A DNA stretch of 63,309 bases, counting the filler, from Choristocarpus tenellus KU-1152 (taxonomy: Eukaryota > Protista > Phaeophyceae), in the NCBI GenBank assembly GCA_964200185.2. It is 13 parts of 13 records of this genome, joined end to end, with 100 filler letters (N's around TTAATTAATTAA, not from the genome) between each part and the next. Parts side by side here need not be neighbours in the genome. Positions count along the whole stretch, not along the records: positions 36,666 to 44,677 come from CAXNAD020005271.1; positions 44,778 to 48,810 come from CAXNAD020016576.1; 11 more parts are not named here. One strand, given 5' to 3'. A model generated the notes under the pieces. That model was given only the letters and a program-made list of their open reading frames with translations, was not told the DNA's origin and did not search any database. The position numbers and the translations under genes are program-made. Below, piece by piece: positions 36,860-48,795 of this stretch. Numbering within the stretch: position 1 is the first letter of the stretch; the number at the start of each line of letters is the position of its first letter.

Positions 36860-38217
36860 CAGCTCAATTCCTTTTCCTTTCCATCTGGTGCTGCTGGAGC
36901 ACTGTGACTACAGCTTCTCCTCCTCTTGCCCCCCATTTATTGGCCGCAAATGCCCTCTTTGTGCCTCTCCTCCAGGTGCTGCTAGAGCACCGTGACTACT
37001 TTATGGAGGATGTTCTCCATTTCTTCTTTTCCCCCTGCACAATCCTCACGGGTTTTTCAAGGCACAATCCCCCGCTGTTCCTTTCCTCATTGAGCTGGTA
37101 GAGCACAATGGCTACTACCTGGTGGGACTTCTCCTTTCCTTTCTCTCCTGGCGCAGCTCCCTCATGTTACCCACACACAGGAGCATGCCCTGCGTTACCC
37201 CATTCTGAACATAAAATGTCGGCAGTGTTGAAGCTTAGCGCATGAAAGACTCCTTGCCCAAAGCCGCTGGATGAGTTACACGGTAAACATACACTGAATA
37301 TTTGTTATTCGCGGGGCCTTTGTCTTAGCCATCAATCATCTCTGACGTATGACCAAAGACTGACCCATCATACTGCTATGTACGTTGCTGCTTTGTGTTG
37401 TACCGAACTAAAGATAAACATGCATGAAAGAGTGTTATATACTTGTATCAGCACACAAAACGCAAGGATAACACTAGGATATTTTACAGGCAGTATCCCA
37501 TTATGGTTGTTGGAACCGAGACACTGGAGTACTTGACAGGATTTTGCTCAATAGCATTGTTGTGATAGTTTCCTCAGAGTGCATGTGGCTCTCTAGACAG
37601 GTGTATTTTTGCTGACAAAGAGTATAGAAATCATGAGGTGTAGGGACCAACCACACGAGAGAAGGTTTCAAGGGACACCCAGGAAAGAAAGGAAGAGTAT
37701 CTCCACTAGATAATCGTCCGAGGAACAGACATGAGCACAGTAAGACATTCCAACCATTTTCCCTCTGGTTGGGTTGAGTAGAGTCTGGATCTAACAGTTT
37801 CCATGATCAATATTTTCCTTGCATTGAAGGACTGACGGAGGAAAATCTTTATCCCCATGGCCCGACATAGACTTTATTATTTAGAGTGGTAGGAGGTTGG
37901 TTGTAAAGTACGTTTTGGGGGGTTTATTGCCTACAAATCTCACTTACTGGCACATGGAGAGAGGGGCTTCTTTGCACTGCGAGCAACGAGTGTGAATAAA
38001 TGGAAAACAGTGCCAGACTGCCAAGGAACATCGGTTGCCGAAGGTACCGAATGCAGACCAAGTTGAATATCCCTCAGGGATACTCCCCTGCACAGTTTGT
38101 GGCGAGGGGTGCAAGTGAAGGCAAGTTGTCCTAAATGATGCATGTGGGTACGGCAATGGAAAAGTGACGAGATCATGCAGCTTGCTGTTGTGCAATTTAG
38201 TGTGCAACAGTGGTACA

Positions 38218-38475
38218 GAGTGAAAGTATCTTGGAGGGTACGAGTTTTGCCCTGTTTGTCCATTTGGGGTTTGACTTCCCTCGGGGTTTTTCATGACATT
38301 TTCCTACTCCAAAATGTTTCGAAGTAGGTAAATGTGTATGTTATGAAAAGGTGTATTCGGAACAAGGATATTGACACTTCCTAACAAACACGATAGTCAA
38401 AATTACATCAAAATCGCAACATTGTATTTTGGCCCACAAATGAACACCGCTCTACCCTCTAAGATAGTTTGACTC
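38218..38475 (-). mobile_element. MITE family A
   Basis: Full reverse copy flanked by ACA/ACA. Confidence 0.88.
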
Positions 38476-38807
38476 ACAGCTAACGAGGTGAACGGGACAA
38501 AATTGTATTGTAGGTACATACATTCGCAGGTCTAGAAAGTATGCAAAAACCCCCACCAACAGTGCACATTCCCATCACCTTCTCATTGATTTGAATAGGT
38601 CAGGTTTGATTCATCACAATGATATACTGAGTAGGAACTAGTATTACTATAAGTTGCAATTGCTAGACGTGAAGTGAGGGATATCCGATACTATCATCAT
38701 ACTGTCACCCTTTCGTTCCAAGTAACTTGGAGGAGCGTATAGTTGTGACCACCTATCTACCATTCTCTCCCTGTGGATATTGATGATGAGGAGTGAAGCT
38801 GCTCAAG

Positions 38808-39065
38808 GACTCAAAGCATTAAGAGAGTAGGAGTTTTGCCCTGTTTGTCCGTTCAGGGCTTGGCTTCCCCATGGGTTTTTTATTCCCTTATTCGATTTTC
38901 TGTGTGAACACAGTTACCTAAAATACATACGACTATGAAAGGTGCGTCCAGTGCACGGATATTGACATTTGCTAACAAACGCGATAGTCAAAATGAATCA
39001 AAATCGCAACATTGGATTTGTGATCCCAAACGGACGTGGCCCTACCCTCTAAAATGCTTCCACTC
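38808..39065 (-). mobile_element. MITE subfamily A', TSD CAAG
   Basis: CAAG at 38804-38807 and 39066-39069. Confidence 0.88.
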
Positions 39066-39464
39066 CAAGTTGCCTTTTTCGGGTGGGATGGAATGTCGTT
39101 CATGTTTCCTTTGTGAACCTATTAACACATATGATTACAAGGATCCCAAACGAAATTGTTGCTGTGGCTGGCTAGGTTGGCAACGTAACTGGTTAGCTGA
39201 CATGGTAGTCAGTTGTTGTTGTCACACCATGAATTGTATGATCTGTCAATTTTTGCATTCAACACAAAAACACTAATGATAAAAAAGTTTTATACTTCAT
39301 ACTTACGCCATTCAGAATTGAATGTAACGAGATTTTTGCAGCCACAATGAAGAAGCAAGATTTTTATTAATTTGTTCAGATTTTATGGGTGTATTTTTCA
39401 GACACTAACAGGTTGCCCACCAAATCTCAAGCAAAATGAGGCAGCCTACACCTATCTATGATTC

Positions 39465-40590
39465 CTAAGCCCTCCAAAACTCCATTCCAGCACAGTATAT
39501 CGTTGCATCCACCTTCTCAGCCCTTTCCTTCCTAGGATGGAGAATTTTGAAGATGTTGCCATCCTTAGATCCCACCACTTCACCGTAGACTGCAAAGAGG
39601 CTCTGCCAGATGCGCCCTAGTGTCTCCTGGGGGTACACATCTAATGGCTCCATTGTGGCCTCCACGAGCTCCTCTGTGTTGGTCACCCCCATGTCTTCCA
39701 TCAGTTGCTGGATGGAACATAAGAAACCTAGGTAAGTGACATTTAGATCAGGTGAGTTGGCTGGCTGGATCTCTATAATAATGTTGTCCCCTGTGACCTC
39801 CATGGTTCTCCTCTCGGTGTATGGGTTTGCCCCGTCTTGTTGCACAAAGGTGGTGTGTCCTTCTGGGCTAGGCATGCAGGCCTTCATTGCCAGAATGACA
39901 TCCTCGACCATGGGTTTCCTATATGCCTCCCTGTCCACCATGGTGGGCACAAGCACCTTGGGCCCTTGGGGCAGTGTTTGCTGGAGCACTGAGCAACCTT
40001 AGTGTCCACGATTGGTCAGATCTCGATCTTCCTATCGAAACACATCCCGTTGGAGAGCCTCCTAGGGCAGGCCAGAGCTGCAAGGAACATCACCTTCGTA
40101 ATGTAATCCTTATTCTGTGCCTGTGAGGGTCTGGAGGGGTCCTTAGTGGGTTGCAGGTACACACCTTCCTTGCCCATCTTTGAGGATGTAAAACCACTTC
40201 TCGTTCACATGCACCCAGTAATAAAGATTGTCCACTAATACCCCACTTCCTTCCCTCTGTGCATGTGGCTGATGGCAAAACTCACCCTATTGGCTTCCTG
40301 CTGGACTGATAGGACTCACTTAATCCATTACTTGATCCTCTTGACCTTCTTGCGCTTGCGTAGATCCCATAACGAGGCAACGGAGACCCCAGCATTGACC
40401 GCCCACTTGCAGAAGGATGTGTTGGGGCATACCAAATTTCGAGGGTACTGGTATGAAGCCGCATAGACCTCGCAACATCATACAAGTTCATAAATTCACC
40501 CCTCACGATCTGGTTTATATACTCCTTTAGATGACGGAACACACGGTGATTCAGGAAATTCTGGAGTCCTCCATGGTGGCTGCTGCCGTC
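39465..40590 (-). mobile_element. Decayed mariner-type (DD39D-like) transposase
   Basis: VHVNEKWFY-like sequence near 40190-40215, then FVQQDGANPY and QPANSPDLNVTYLGFL, with many frameshifts. TIRs not found. Confidence 0.85.
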
Positions 40591-40596
40591 CTTCAA

Positions 40597-41990
40597 GGCA
40601 TCTGAGTCTTGCGCCCAACTTGGGCTGCCTTACCTGCTGCGCTAGCTGCTACACTAGGATGAGGTATGTCAGCTATCACAACTTCCCTGAAATGCCACTC
40701 ATCCATGAAGCTCTTTGTGCTGTCAACTGCACACTTGTACCACCTATCTTGTTTTGTTGCCCTTGTACTCCATCCCTCAACTGTGATCCCAAACTTCTCG
40801 AGGTTTTCTTTCAGGAACATCCACCAGTGCTTATCCTGTCCATTTTGCTTCCATTTTCCATCTGCAAGTTCCCCAAATATCAACGGCTACGGAAGTTGCT
40901 CATCCCCTGTATGTACAGCTGACCCGACCAACAGGATTTTTTTCGCACAGTCCCCTTGATACCATCACGGTCAGTGTTCACAAGCGTATCTTTGTAGGAA
41001 GGCGTATGATCTGTGCATCCCCTTTCGTGAAGTCCAACGCAGCATAGGAGGAGTTTGTGATGATCAGAGCAAAACTTCATACAGTGGACCTGTTAGTGTG
41101 TCAATGTCACACAACCTTACAACCAGTCCCTCAAGTACATCACCCTTGACCTTTTGTCTCAAGCTCAAGTGATACTCCTGTTGTCCTGTCACGAAGCACT
41201 TGACTGTACTTGTAGGAGCAGCCCCAGGTGATTTGAACACATCCACTGATCTCGGCAATTTGACCACTGATGGGGCCTGCAAGGTAAACAGACTGTGTAT
41301 GTCTGTGGTCTTGCTGGGATGTCAAAGGCGCATGGACTCCGTCTTCAACTGTGACATGGTCAGCCTGAATGTCCTAGCCACCTTCACAATAACTGACATC
41401 ATCCTGGTCAGACTTCCTTGGGTCTTAGACACAATATCTGCATCGCCAACATTGAGAAATATCCTACAAGCATCACTCAAGTGTTATCCCACTCTCTGTG
41501 GCCTCTCCTCCTCTGACCTGGTTGATTCTTGCAACTCCCTTGATGACGACAATACCCTCTGGAGTTGGCCGAATCACAGATGAAATCCATAATTGTCATT
41601 CTCAGCACGCCAGTAAGAAGATATTGAACAGGATGGAGCAAGAACACACCCTTCCCGAAGACCCTGTCCAACCTCAAACCAATCCATACACTCTCCATCA
41701 ATGCGGTCGCATGTCTGCATTCATGGACCTGGCGGACGAATGACACCATCTTCTCAGACACTCCAAACCTGGCAAGCATAGTCCAAAAGAGATCGCGGTC
41801 AACACAGTGATTCTTTCTGTAAGTCAACACAACACATGACCAAAGAAGTTCATACTTTTCCTGCCCAACCTCCTGGAAGGCAAGTAACCTGTACACCAAG
41901 TCCTCTGTGGACCGTCGGGACCAGAAACCAAACCTTTCTTCATGAGTTATGTTCTCCTGGTTCCCAGTCATCGTGTAGCGAGGTGGAGAA
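40597..41990 (-). mobile_element. Decayed RTE-clade LINE (RT domain and C-terminus)
   Basis: GFWSRRSTEDLVY, VDRDLFWTMLARFGVSEKMV, a GLxQGC-like stretch near 41640-41670, YADAD-like near 41435, and MIFGELADGK..WWMFLKENLEKFGI..W. Confidence 0.85.
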
Positions 41991-42289
41991 GCACCTTGGA
42001 AGTGTAGACTGTGTTAGAATTGGATAGTGTAGAAGGTAAAATGATACCGACATACCAGAAGAATTCTGTATGGAGTCGTCGGTATCTGGAGCAATTTTAT
42101 ATCAAAACCATAATATAATAATTATATTTATGGGTATTGTGATTGTGAGTTTGTCGTTCGGGGAAGTTGAGTGACTAAAGGGCAGTTGGGGACTCGGGAC
42201 ACAGGAGAGGTGTGCTTTGTGGTTGTGTTCAAGAACTGACCAAGTTAAATCTTCATATAGTTGAGCAGGTGCTCAGTTGCTGGGATTAT

Positions 42290-43200
42290 TAAGCAGTTTC
42301 TTTTGTTCGTTCGACTCGTTCCATGTTGGACGGACATGGTGGTCCAAAAGATGGAGGATAGTGTAGAAACGAATGGGGGGTCAAGGAGTTAGAATGAACT
42401 CTCGGAGGAATCGGAGAATAGCATTGCTTTTTACTGAAGCGTTTCGAGAAACTGGATGCATTGTGCCAACCTTTATGATACTCGACTGGAACGAACTGGT
42501 GATGGAGGCAGAACATTCGTGGGAACTTTCGTGTGCGGACAGAGAATCGTAATTGATGTATTCCAAAGCTTCTCATGTCACCCGATCTAAGCGAAAAATT
42601 CTCCCGTGATCTATCAGGATCGATTCCGTGAGTGTCAGACTAAAGGGTGGGCTCCGTGGGGGGAGCGTCTGTTCGCAACCTCTACATCCTATACACCCGT
42701 ACTAAGCAGGTGTACCGATCTCTTGCAGGATGGACAAGCTTGGACAGCTTTCACTGGATAAACTTTCCTTGGACAAGATCAAGAACGTCGTGGGTGAAGT
42801 GTGAGCAGTACGGCTCTCTCGTTTTACTGATGCTTTCATGGCTATAGTCGACAGAGAAATTAACTTGCAAATGGTGGACAGTTAAAAAGAGTGCTTTCTC
42901 CCACCACTTTGAAGTTTGCAATATGATAGCGTTGTTTTAACTTAATACCGCTTGCCGCACTTTGGCACAGTGACCCTTCTTCGCGGTGGTGCAGTACATC
43001 ATGTCGACACGGGCTTGACTCCGACCAAAATGATGGAGATGACATGATGATGCAGAACCAATTCGGTCCTGGTCTGGGAGATAAATTACATCACGTTGTT
43101 GCTGTGAGCGGGCGTTGGGGTCAATGCCATCTCTTGTAGCGCCGTCCACTATGTGAAATGTAAAATGAAACAATGCTTCCTCCCACCTTCCCAAACTTTC
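42290..43200 (-). mobile_element. Possible integrase-like relic (Zn-binding HH-CC region and decayed core)
   Basis: HHREEG..IKLKQRYHIANF..NCP resembles an integrase Zn domain; FGPP downstream. Heavily disrupted. Confidence 0.3.
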
Positions 43201-44777
43201 CCTACTTACCCTATTGATCTTTGACTACGATTGTCTTACTCGTGCAGGCGTGATCGGGTGGCTCCTAGAAATGAAACAGAACGGGCTGTTTACGATGCTT
43301 TGTCTAACAAGAACTGGGGGGCCTCTAGCACAGCTATGAATGACATAGCGAGAGATACCTACGACTAGTAAGCACTTCGACAACTAGAAAGCACGTAGAC
43401 AACTAGTAAGCATGAAGAGAATCTAAGAGACAGAGTAAGGCTTCAAATCCACCCCTCAGACCTAGCACATGCACACACCACACGCATAAGAGTAAATCAG
43501 ATGCGCATGATTTATCTCTTTCCCACTGATGTATCAACAGGTGATCATACATCCCTCATGTTTGAGTTTAATGATTGAAGGATACCTTTTCAACAACCAC
43601 AATTGTGTAGAGAATATACCTTTCTCTGTGTAAATATGTACGGTTTTATATCCAATGCATTGGGATCATGCACTGCCTGTTACCTGTGGGCTGTTGAGCA
43701 GGAGGTTTCCATGGTTCAACCCTGTCCTCCCAATGTCATTTGCTTTCAGTGCACTATCTGCATAGTATAAGCTAATTGTATACATTACAAAGACCCTATT
43801 TCTGCCTTTACTTGTTGCCCGTGAAAAGCACATCATTATGTGCTTTTACCCTTTGCATTGATGAGCGTTGGGAATAAAGGTTAGGTTAATGGAATTTCAA
43901 CAGTCACAAACGGTTTTGAGCCCTACTTAAAAACAACTATTAGAGTAATTCTAATGCAATATTGAGTTATTTCTCCCTTAGACACAAACAATTTGTTTGA
44001 GGTTGGACAGGCACAAAAGAGTCAACGGCACGTGATGGTGCTAGTGTCAGTGAGGTCCATAGTGGACTGGAATGGTTGGGAATGTGTTGTGCCATGGTGG
44101 AGCATTTGTGTAATGTATGAGTTTGAGTGTGTGTGGTATATGGGGCTAAAGATTGAGTGTAATGTATCTTCTTCTTGCACTTTTTCTTATGTATATTTTG
44201 TTAGTGATTGTGTGGTAAATTTTTAAGTGTGGGGAGAAAGTTGTGGAGTGCAAACAGTCCAATCTCTTCGATGGCAAGGCATGGAGTATCATGATGGTGG
44301 AGGGTGTGCTCTGAAACACATGCCTCTTGAGTGACGGGTCCTTTATCTAAAAGGGAATTAGAGAGGAATGGCAACACTCGTTGTTGTAAGCAACTTTCAA
44401 AATTCTATGTAGTATGTTTCGCTGGAGATAATTTCCGCTCAGAAAAGGGTTGAAGAGTTTCATGCTCAACAACGCACCCACCCTTGATATGACCATCTAG
44501 TCTGGTCCAATTTTCCAGCTGTCCTTCTATCATCTTCCTGGGTTGCACTCCTCCGTCTCCTTTTCCCTTGTTTCCTACAAAACTTGCAGATTTTGCGATG
44601 ATCTGTACTCAAATCATAATGTGATCCCCACCCTCCGTTCCTTTTTTTTTTTTCACCAATAGCGAGAAGTATGGCATNNNNNNNNNNNNNNNNNNNNNNN
44701 NNNNNNNNNNNNNNNNNNNNNTTAATTAATTAANNNNNNNNNNNNNNNNNNNNNNNNNNNNNNNNNNNNNNNNNNNN

Positions 44778-44852
44778 TTTATCCCAGTCAATTTTGGGTC
44801 AAGCCCATCCTCAATGAAAAGCTCCATCCTCAATTTTTGAAATCGGCTGTTT
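44778..44852. repeat. End of a third dispersed repeat family, C (also at 7308-7375 inverted, ~19045-19105, ~49178-49212)
   Basis: Shared gtcaa.cccatcctc....gctccatcctcaatttt....atcggctgt followed by (T)TA. 7308-7375 is the reverse complement of 44782-44850. Confidence 0.75.
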
Positions 44853-45099
44853 ATTTCTAAGACAAATTTTAGAGATGTATAACTTGTAACGTTTGGACTA
44901 GACCCTCAGAAGGAACAGGTGTGCGCTATGATTAGGCTAGATACAAACTGAGTGTGATGTATCCTGTGACTATTAGGAGGGACATTCCTAAAGGGCGCAA
45001 AGTTACAAAATGCTCACACTTGTGATTGGGAAGATTGGAACTGGCGACCCACTATTTGTAGGCCAAGTCAAAAATGTGTGCTTTGCTACTTTGAAAGTG

Positions 45100-45700
45100 T
45101 GTTTTTTTTTTATTTGAGTTCGTCCAGTGCCGCTGGGAGGCCAGGGGCAAGAGATATTGGCTGAGGATTTCCGCTCGTCCACAAGGCTAGAAGGGGGAGT
45201 ATGTTGGACAGGTTAAGGGGATAAAACATAATTTGCAAGAGAGAGGGTTTGTTTATCCCAGGGATGACCAAGGATGGGGGCAAGGATAGGAATAAGAGCA
45301 TGAGTATGGCGTACGTTCTTGGGGAGCAGTCGGATTTCAAGGTGGTAGAACTGAGTCTTAAGATTCTGGTTGAGCGTTTTGGAGGACACTGCTTGATGCT
45401 TCCAAAGTACCACTGTGAATTGAACCCGATAGAGATGTTTCTGGGGGCGTGTGAAGCACTATGTACGAGGCCACTGTGACTACACGTTGCCTGAAATGAG
45501 AGCCAACATATTCCTGTCAGTCTTAAGGAGGAAGGGGGGCTGTCCAGAGTAATTTGTGGAGAGGTACTTCAGGACGAGTATTGCTTACCACCTGATATAT
45601 TCCAACAAGAAAGGTATGGAGTGCACCAAATTGGACAGGGTGTACAAGACATTTAAGTATCACAGGAGGCCTGCACCTTCAGAATATCTCAATTGACTTG
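45100..45700 (+). mobile_element. Tc1/IS630-like DDE transposase relic (C-terminal part)
   Basis: GHCLMLPKYHCELNPIEMF followed, in a shifted frame, by KHYVRGHCDYT. Confidence 0.75.
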
Positions 45701-47302
45701 GGGTTGATTGTCTGGTTCAGAGAGGCCTGGGCCCCCATGAGTGAGCCCTAGTCAGCAGGTGACAACATTGCATATAACGGGAAATAATGGAAGGGTAATG
45801 GAGAGACAACAATGCCCATGGTCTCTGGGTGGAGATGGCCTCTTCTGGCGTCAAAATCGTCCTTAAGTGCACGTTTCGCGCGCTCCGTGCGGCACCCCGC
45901 GCGTACTACTTGATTTTAGTATGGTCCTGTATTTCTCACTTTACTGCAGGTTGACCAACCGAGCCCTATCAGATAAGGTTAAGTACGATTGTCGATTGTA
46001 ACAAATTATTTTTCATGGAGAAATTCGTTGTTGAACAAAAGTTATGGCACAACAGAGTTGATACAGGAGGCGACTGCCAACAGTATAGTGTCAAAATACA
46101 TGTTAGAACTCACAAATCAATCACCTGTTTAACCTCAACATCAAATACATAACAAGTATTTGTATTTCAATGGAAATATTAAATTGTCTCTTAAATAGAA
46201 AAAACATGTATGTATGAAATAATGTAGAAATATCAATAGAAATGTATGTAATGTATTTTGTATTTTACACAACTAGTGTAAGGTACAATATTTGCATCCA
46301 ATTACTTCTGTTGTTATACCTCTTAGACAATCAAAAGCAGTTCTGAGTACATCGCAATTCACACATATTTCTAGGAAGTTCTAACTTTGACTCTGAGAGC
46401 GTTTTTTCTCCGTTATTCGAAAATTGTCCTACACAATTCAAATATATCCTATATACACATTTATATAAAAGTCGAATTTTGCACATATTTCTGGCATCCT
46501 CAAAATGCAACTGTGGGGGCACCTCTCGTTTACTTTGACTCTGAGGTAGATTAGAAAGGGGTAAATAGTGAACCAGATCCAATACCATGCGACATCCAGA
46601 TTGTAACATATCGCACACAAAGTTATCTGTTACAAATAACACAAGTAATCTAGCACCAAATATAAACAAGAGTCCTGTATGAAGTTCGAACCAATGCATG
46701 AATTTTTGTGTTAAGTGTTTTCTACTTTCTGCTACAGATGAGCTCCAAAAATCTGGTAACCTGCTGCCAAGAACGGTATAATATCACTGAGTACATCCGT
46801 GAAATAGTGAGGGCAGTGGTTGGCGTATTGGAATGAGGGGTTTGACTGTTCTGGATCGAGTTGAATTGCCATTTTCAATACTTGTGTCATTATCTTGTGG
46901 TGTAGCAGACAGGAGCACTGTTCGACATCACCCATGTTACACCACACTTACCCACACATCCACAAGATGACCTTAATATAATACTTCGCAGGTTTATCAT
47001 GGCTAGAGGCCTATGAGGTCAAGTCTCTAACTTCAACAAGTAAAAGTACCAAGTCAGTGATGACCAGATGTAACACTCCCTCCAACAGCACCCTCACTCT
47101 GTTTGGGTGTTCATGCTGCATTTTCAATGTACTCACTGTAAAGAAATATAGACAATGCTCTCACAATGGCTGACCCTTCCCAGGTCTAGATCATACTCTT
47201 AGTATCCTGTCGGGAAGGGAGATCATACGCGAGGTAGAGGCTGGTTGAGTAGTCAAAATAACTCAGTGAACATTCTCCATCACGCTTGTGTTGCTTGTTA
47301 GG

Positions 47303-47482
47303 TCAAGTCTTGTTGTTCTCAGTCGCAAGCACAGCTTTCTTCAGTCGCTCCACTTGATCCTGACGACTCATCTGTTGATTCACATTAATACCCACGATTT
47401 TGTACACATCCACTGCTCCATTGGAACCTCCTATAATCAACAAGGTGGGCAACAAATACGCAGGGTAGAGCTGATGAGCAGT
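47303..47482 (-). CDS. Terminal exon resembling the C-terminus of an axonemal dynein intermediate chain (WDR78/DNAI4-like)
   Basis: AG-bounded exon ...PTLLIIGGSNGAVDVYKIVG..MSRQDQVERLKKAV* looks like a last WD blade plus helix. The family call is from recall only. Confidence 0.4.
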   Translation of the reverse strand, partial: TAHQLYPAYLLPTLLIIGGSNGAVDVYKIVGINVNQQMSRQDQVERLKKAVLATENNKT

Positions 47483-48300
47483 CTGAGTGGAAAGGGATGA
47501 TAGGAAGATTATGATACATAGAAAATTGAAAGTATAGAGGAACCACAAGGACGTGAGGAGTGTACTGGTGAATTGAGTGCAAATGTATGTCATAGTTGCA
47601 AGCAAGGACAACTTATTTTAAGGTCTACTTGACTTCAATAGCTAATTGTCACTCCAAGCAAGGATATCTTGCAAAGTGAGACCTACCATCTCTTTTTGTA
47701 GGTCTTCCTCAGTGGGAAGAGTGGTTGTGGAAAAACTCTAGGAAGACTGACTCTCGGGTCCTGGTCAGACAGATGACTATGCAAGGGGGTTCCAAACAGG
47801 TGGATTGGATCAATACATCCCCCTATATCAAGCTTGAAGCCCTAGTGCCAGGGCACTATTCTCAGTTTCATTGTCCTGAACAACGTTTTGATTAACAGGG
47901 TATTTCCAGGTGCTTAAATTCCCAACAACCTATGCAATAAATAGATGCGGAGGCGGCTTAGGCAGCTATCGTCAAGGAGATGCTACGTACTGACTGAGGT
48001 CTCTTATAAGGGATATGCGTGTTCCACGTTGAACAAGCAGTAATGGACTGTGTACTTACACAAGAAAAATAACACACTGAGTCTGTGCAGATGAGCACAC
48101 TTGTCCTTGGATTCTTTTTGCAGTTGTATCCAATAATACCATGCAACTGCTGTGTTTGCTCAGGGAGAAAAAGCACTAATATACAACAACCTCACAAATC
48201 AAGCAGTTGGGGATCAGCTTGAATAAGAAATTTATTAATGGTGCTATAACTGAAAGAAAGGTACACAAAACCTTGGATTGTCATGTGGGCATATTGAGAT

Positions 48301-48559
48301 GACCCAAAGTATCTTAGAGGGTAGCGCCGCGTCCATTTGGGGGTCAAAATCCAATGTTGATATTTTTATGTAATTTTGGTTATGGTGTTTGTTAGGAAGT
48401 GCCAATATCTATGTTTCGGACACACCTTTCCATAACATATATATTTTACCTACTCCAAAACATTTTGGAGTATGAAAATGTCATAAAAAGACCCATGGGA
48501 AGCCAAGCCCCAAATGGACAAACAGGGCAAAACTCGTACCCTCTAAGATACTTTCACTC
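48301..48559 (+). mobile_element. MITE family A, TSD AGAT
   Basis: AGAT at 48297-48300 and 48560-48563. Confidence 0.92.
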
Positions 48560-48617
48560 AGATCAAGTCCTCGCTAATGACCTAGTTGTCCACTGTATAC
48601 ACCCCATTGTCACAATG

Positions 48618-48795
48618 GGATCAAGTACCTGGGGGGTGGGGTGGGGGGTCTACACCAGGGTGTCCATTTGGGCCATAACCAGGAAAAGTGTACTTAAATT
48701 ATCCATCCGACGCATGCAATCCAAATCACCCAAAAATCGTGACATGGAAAAATGGACCCCAAATGCACAGCCACCACCACCCCCCCCCCCCCCAT
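48618..48795 (+). mobile_element. MITE family B
   Basis: Body matches 23579-23760; the 3' TIR is degenerate. Confidence 0.8.

Noticed and set aside
46700-47290. Possible additional transposase relic
   Set aside because: Only vague motif resemblance; too degraded to support.
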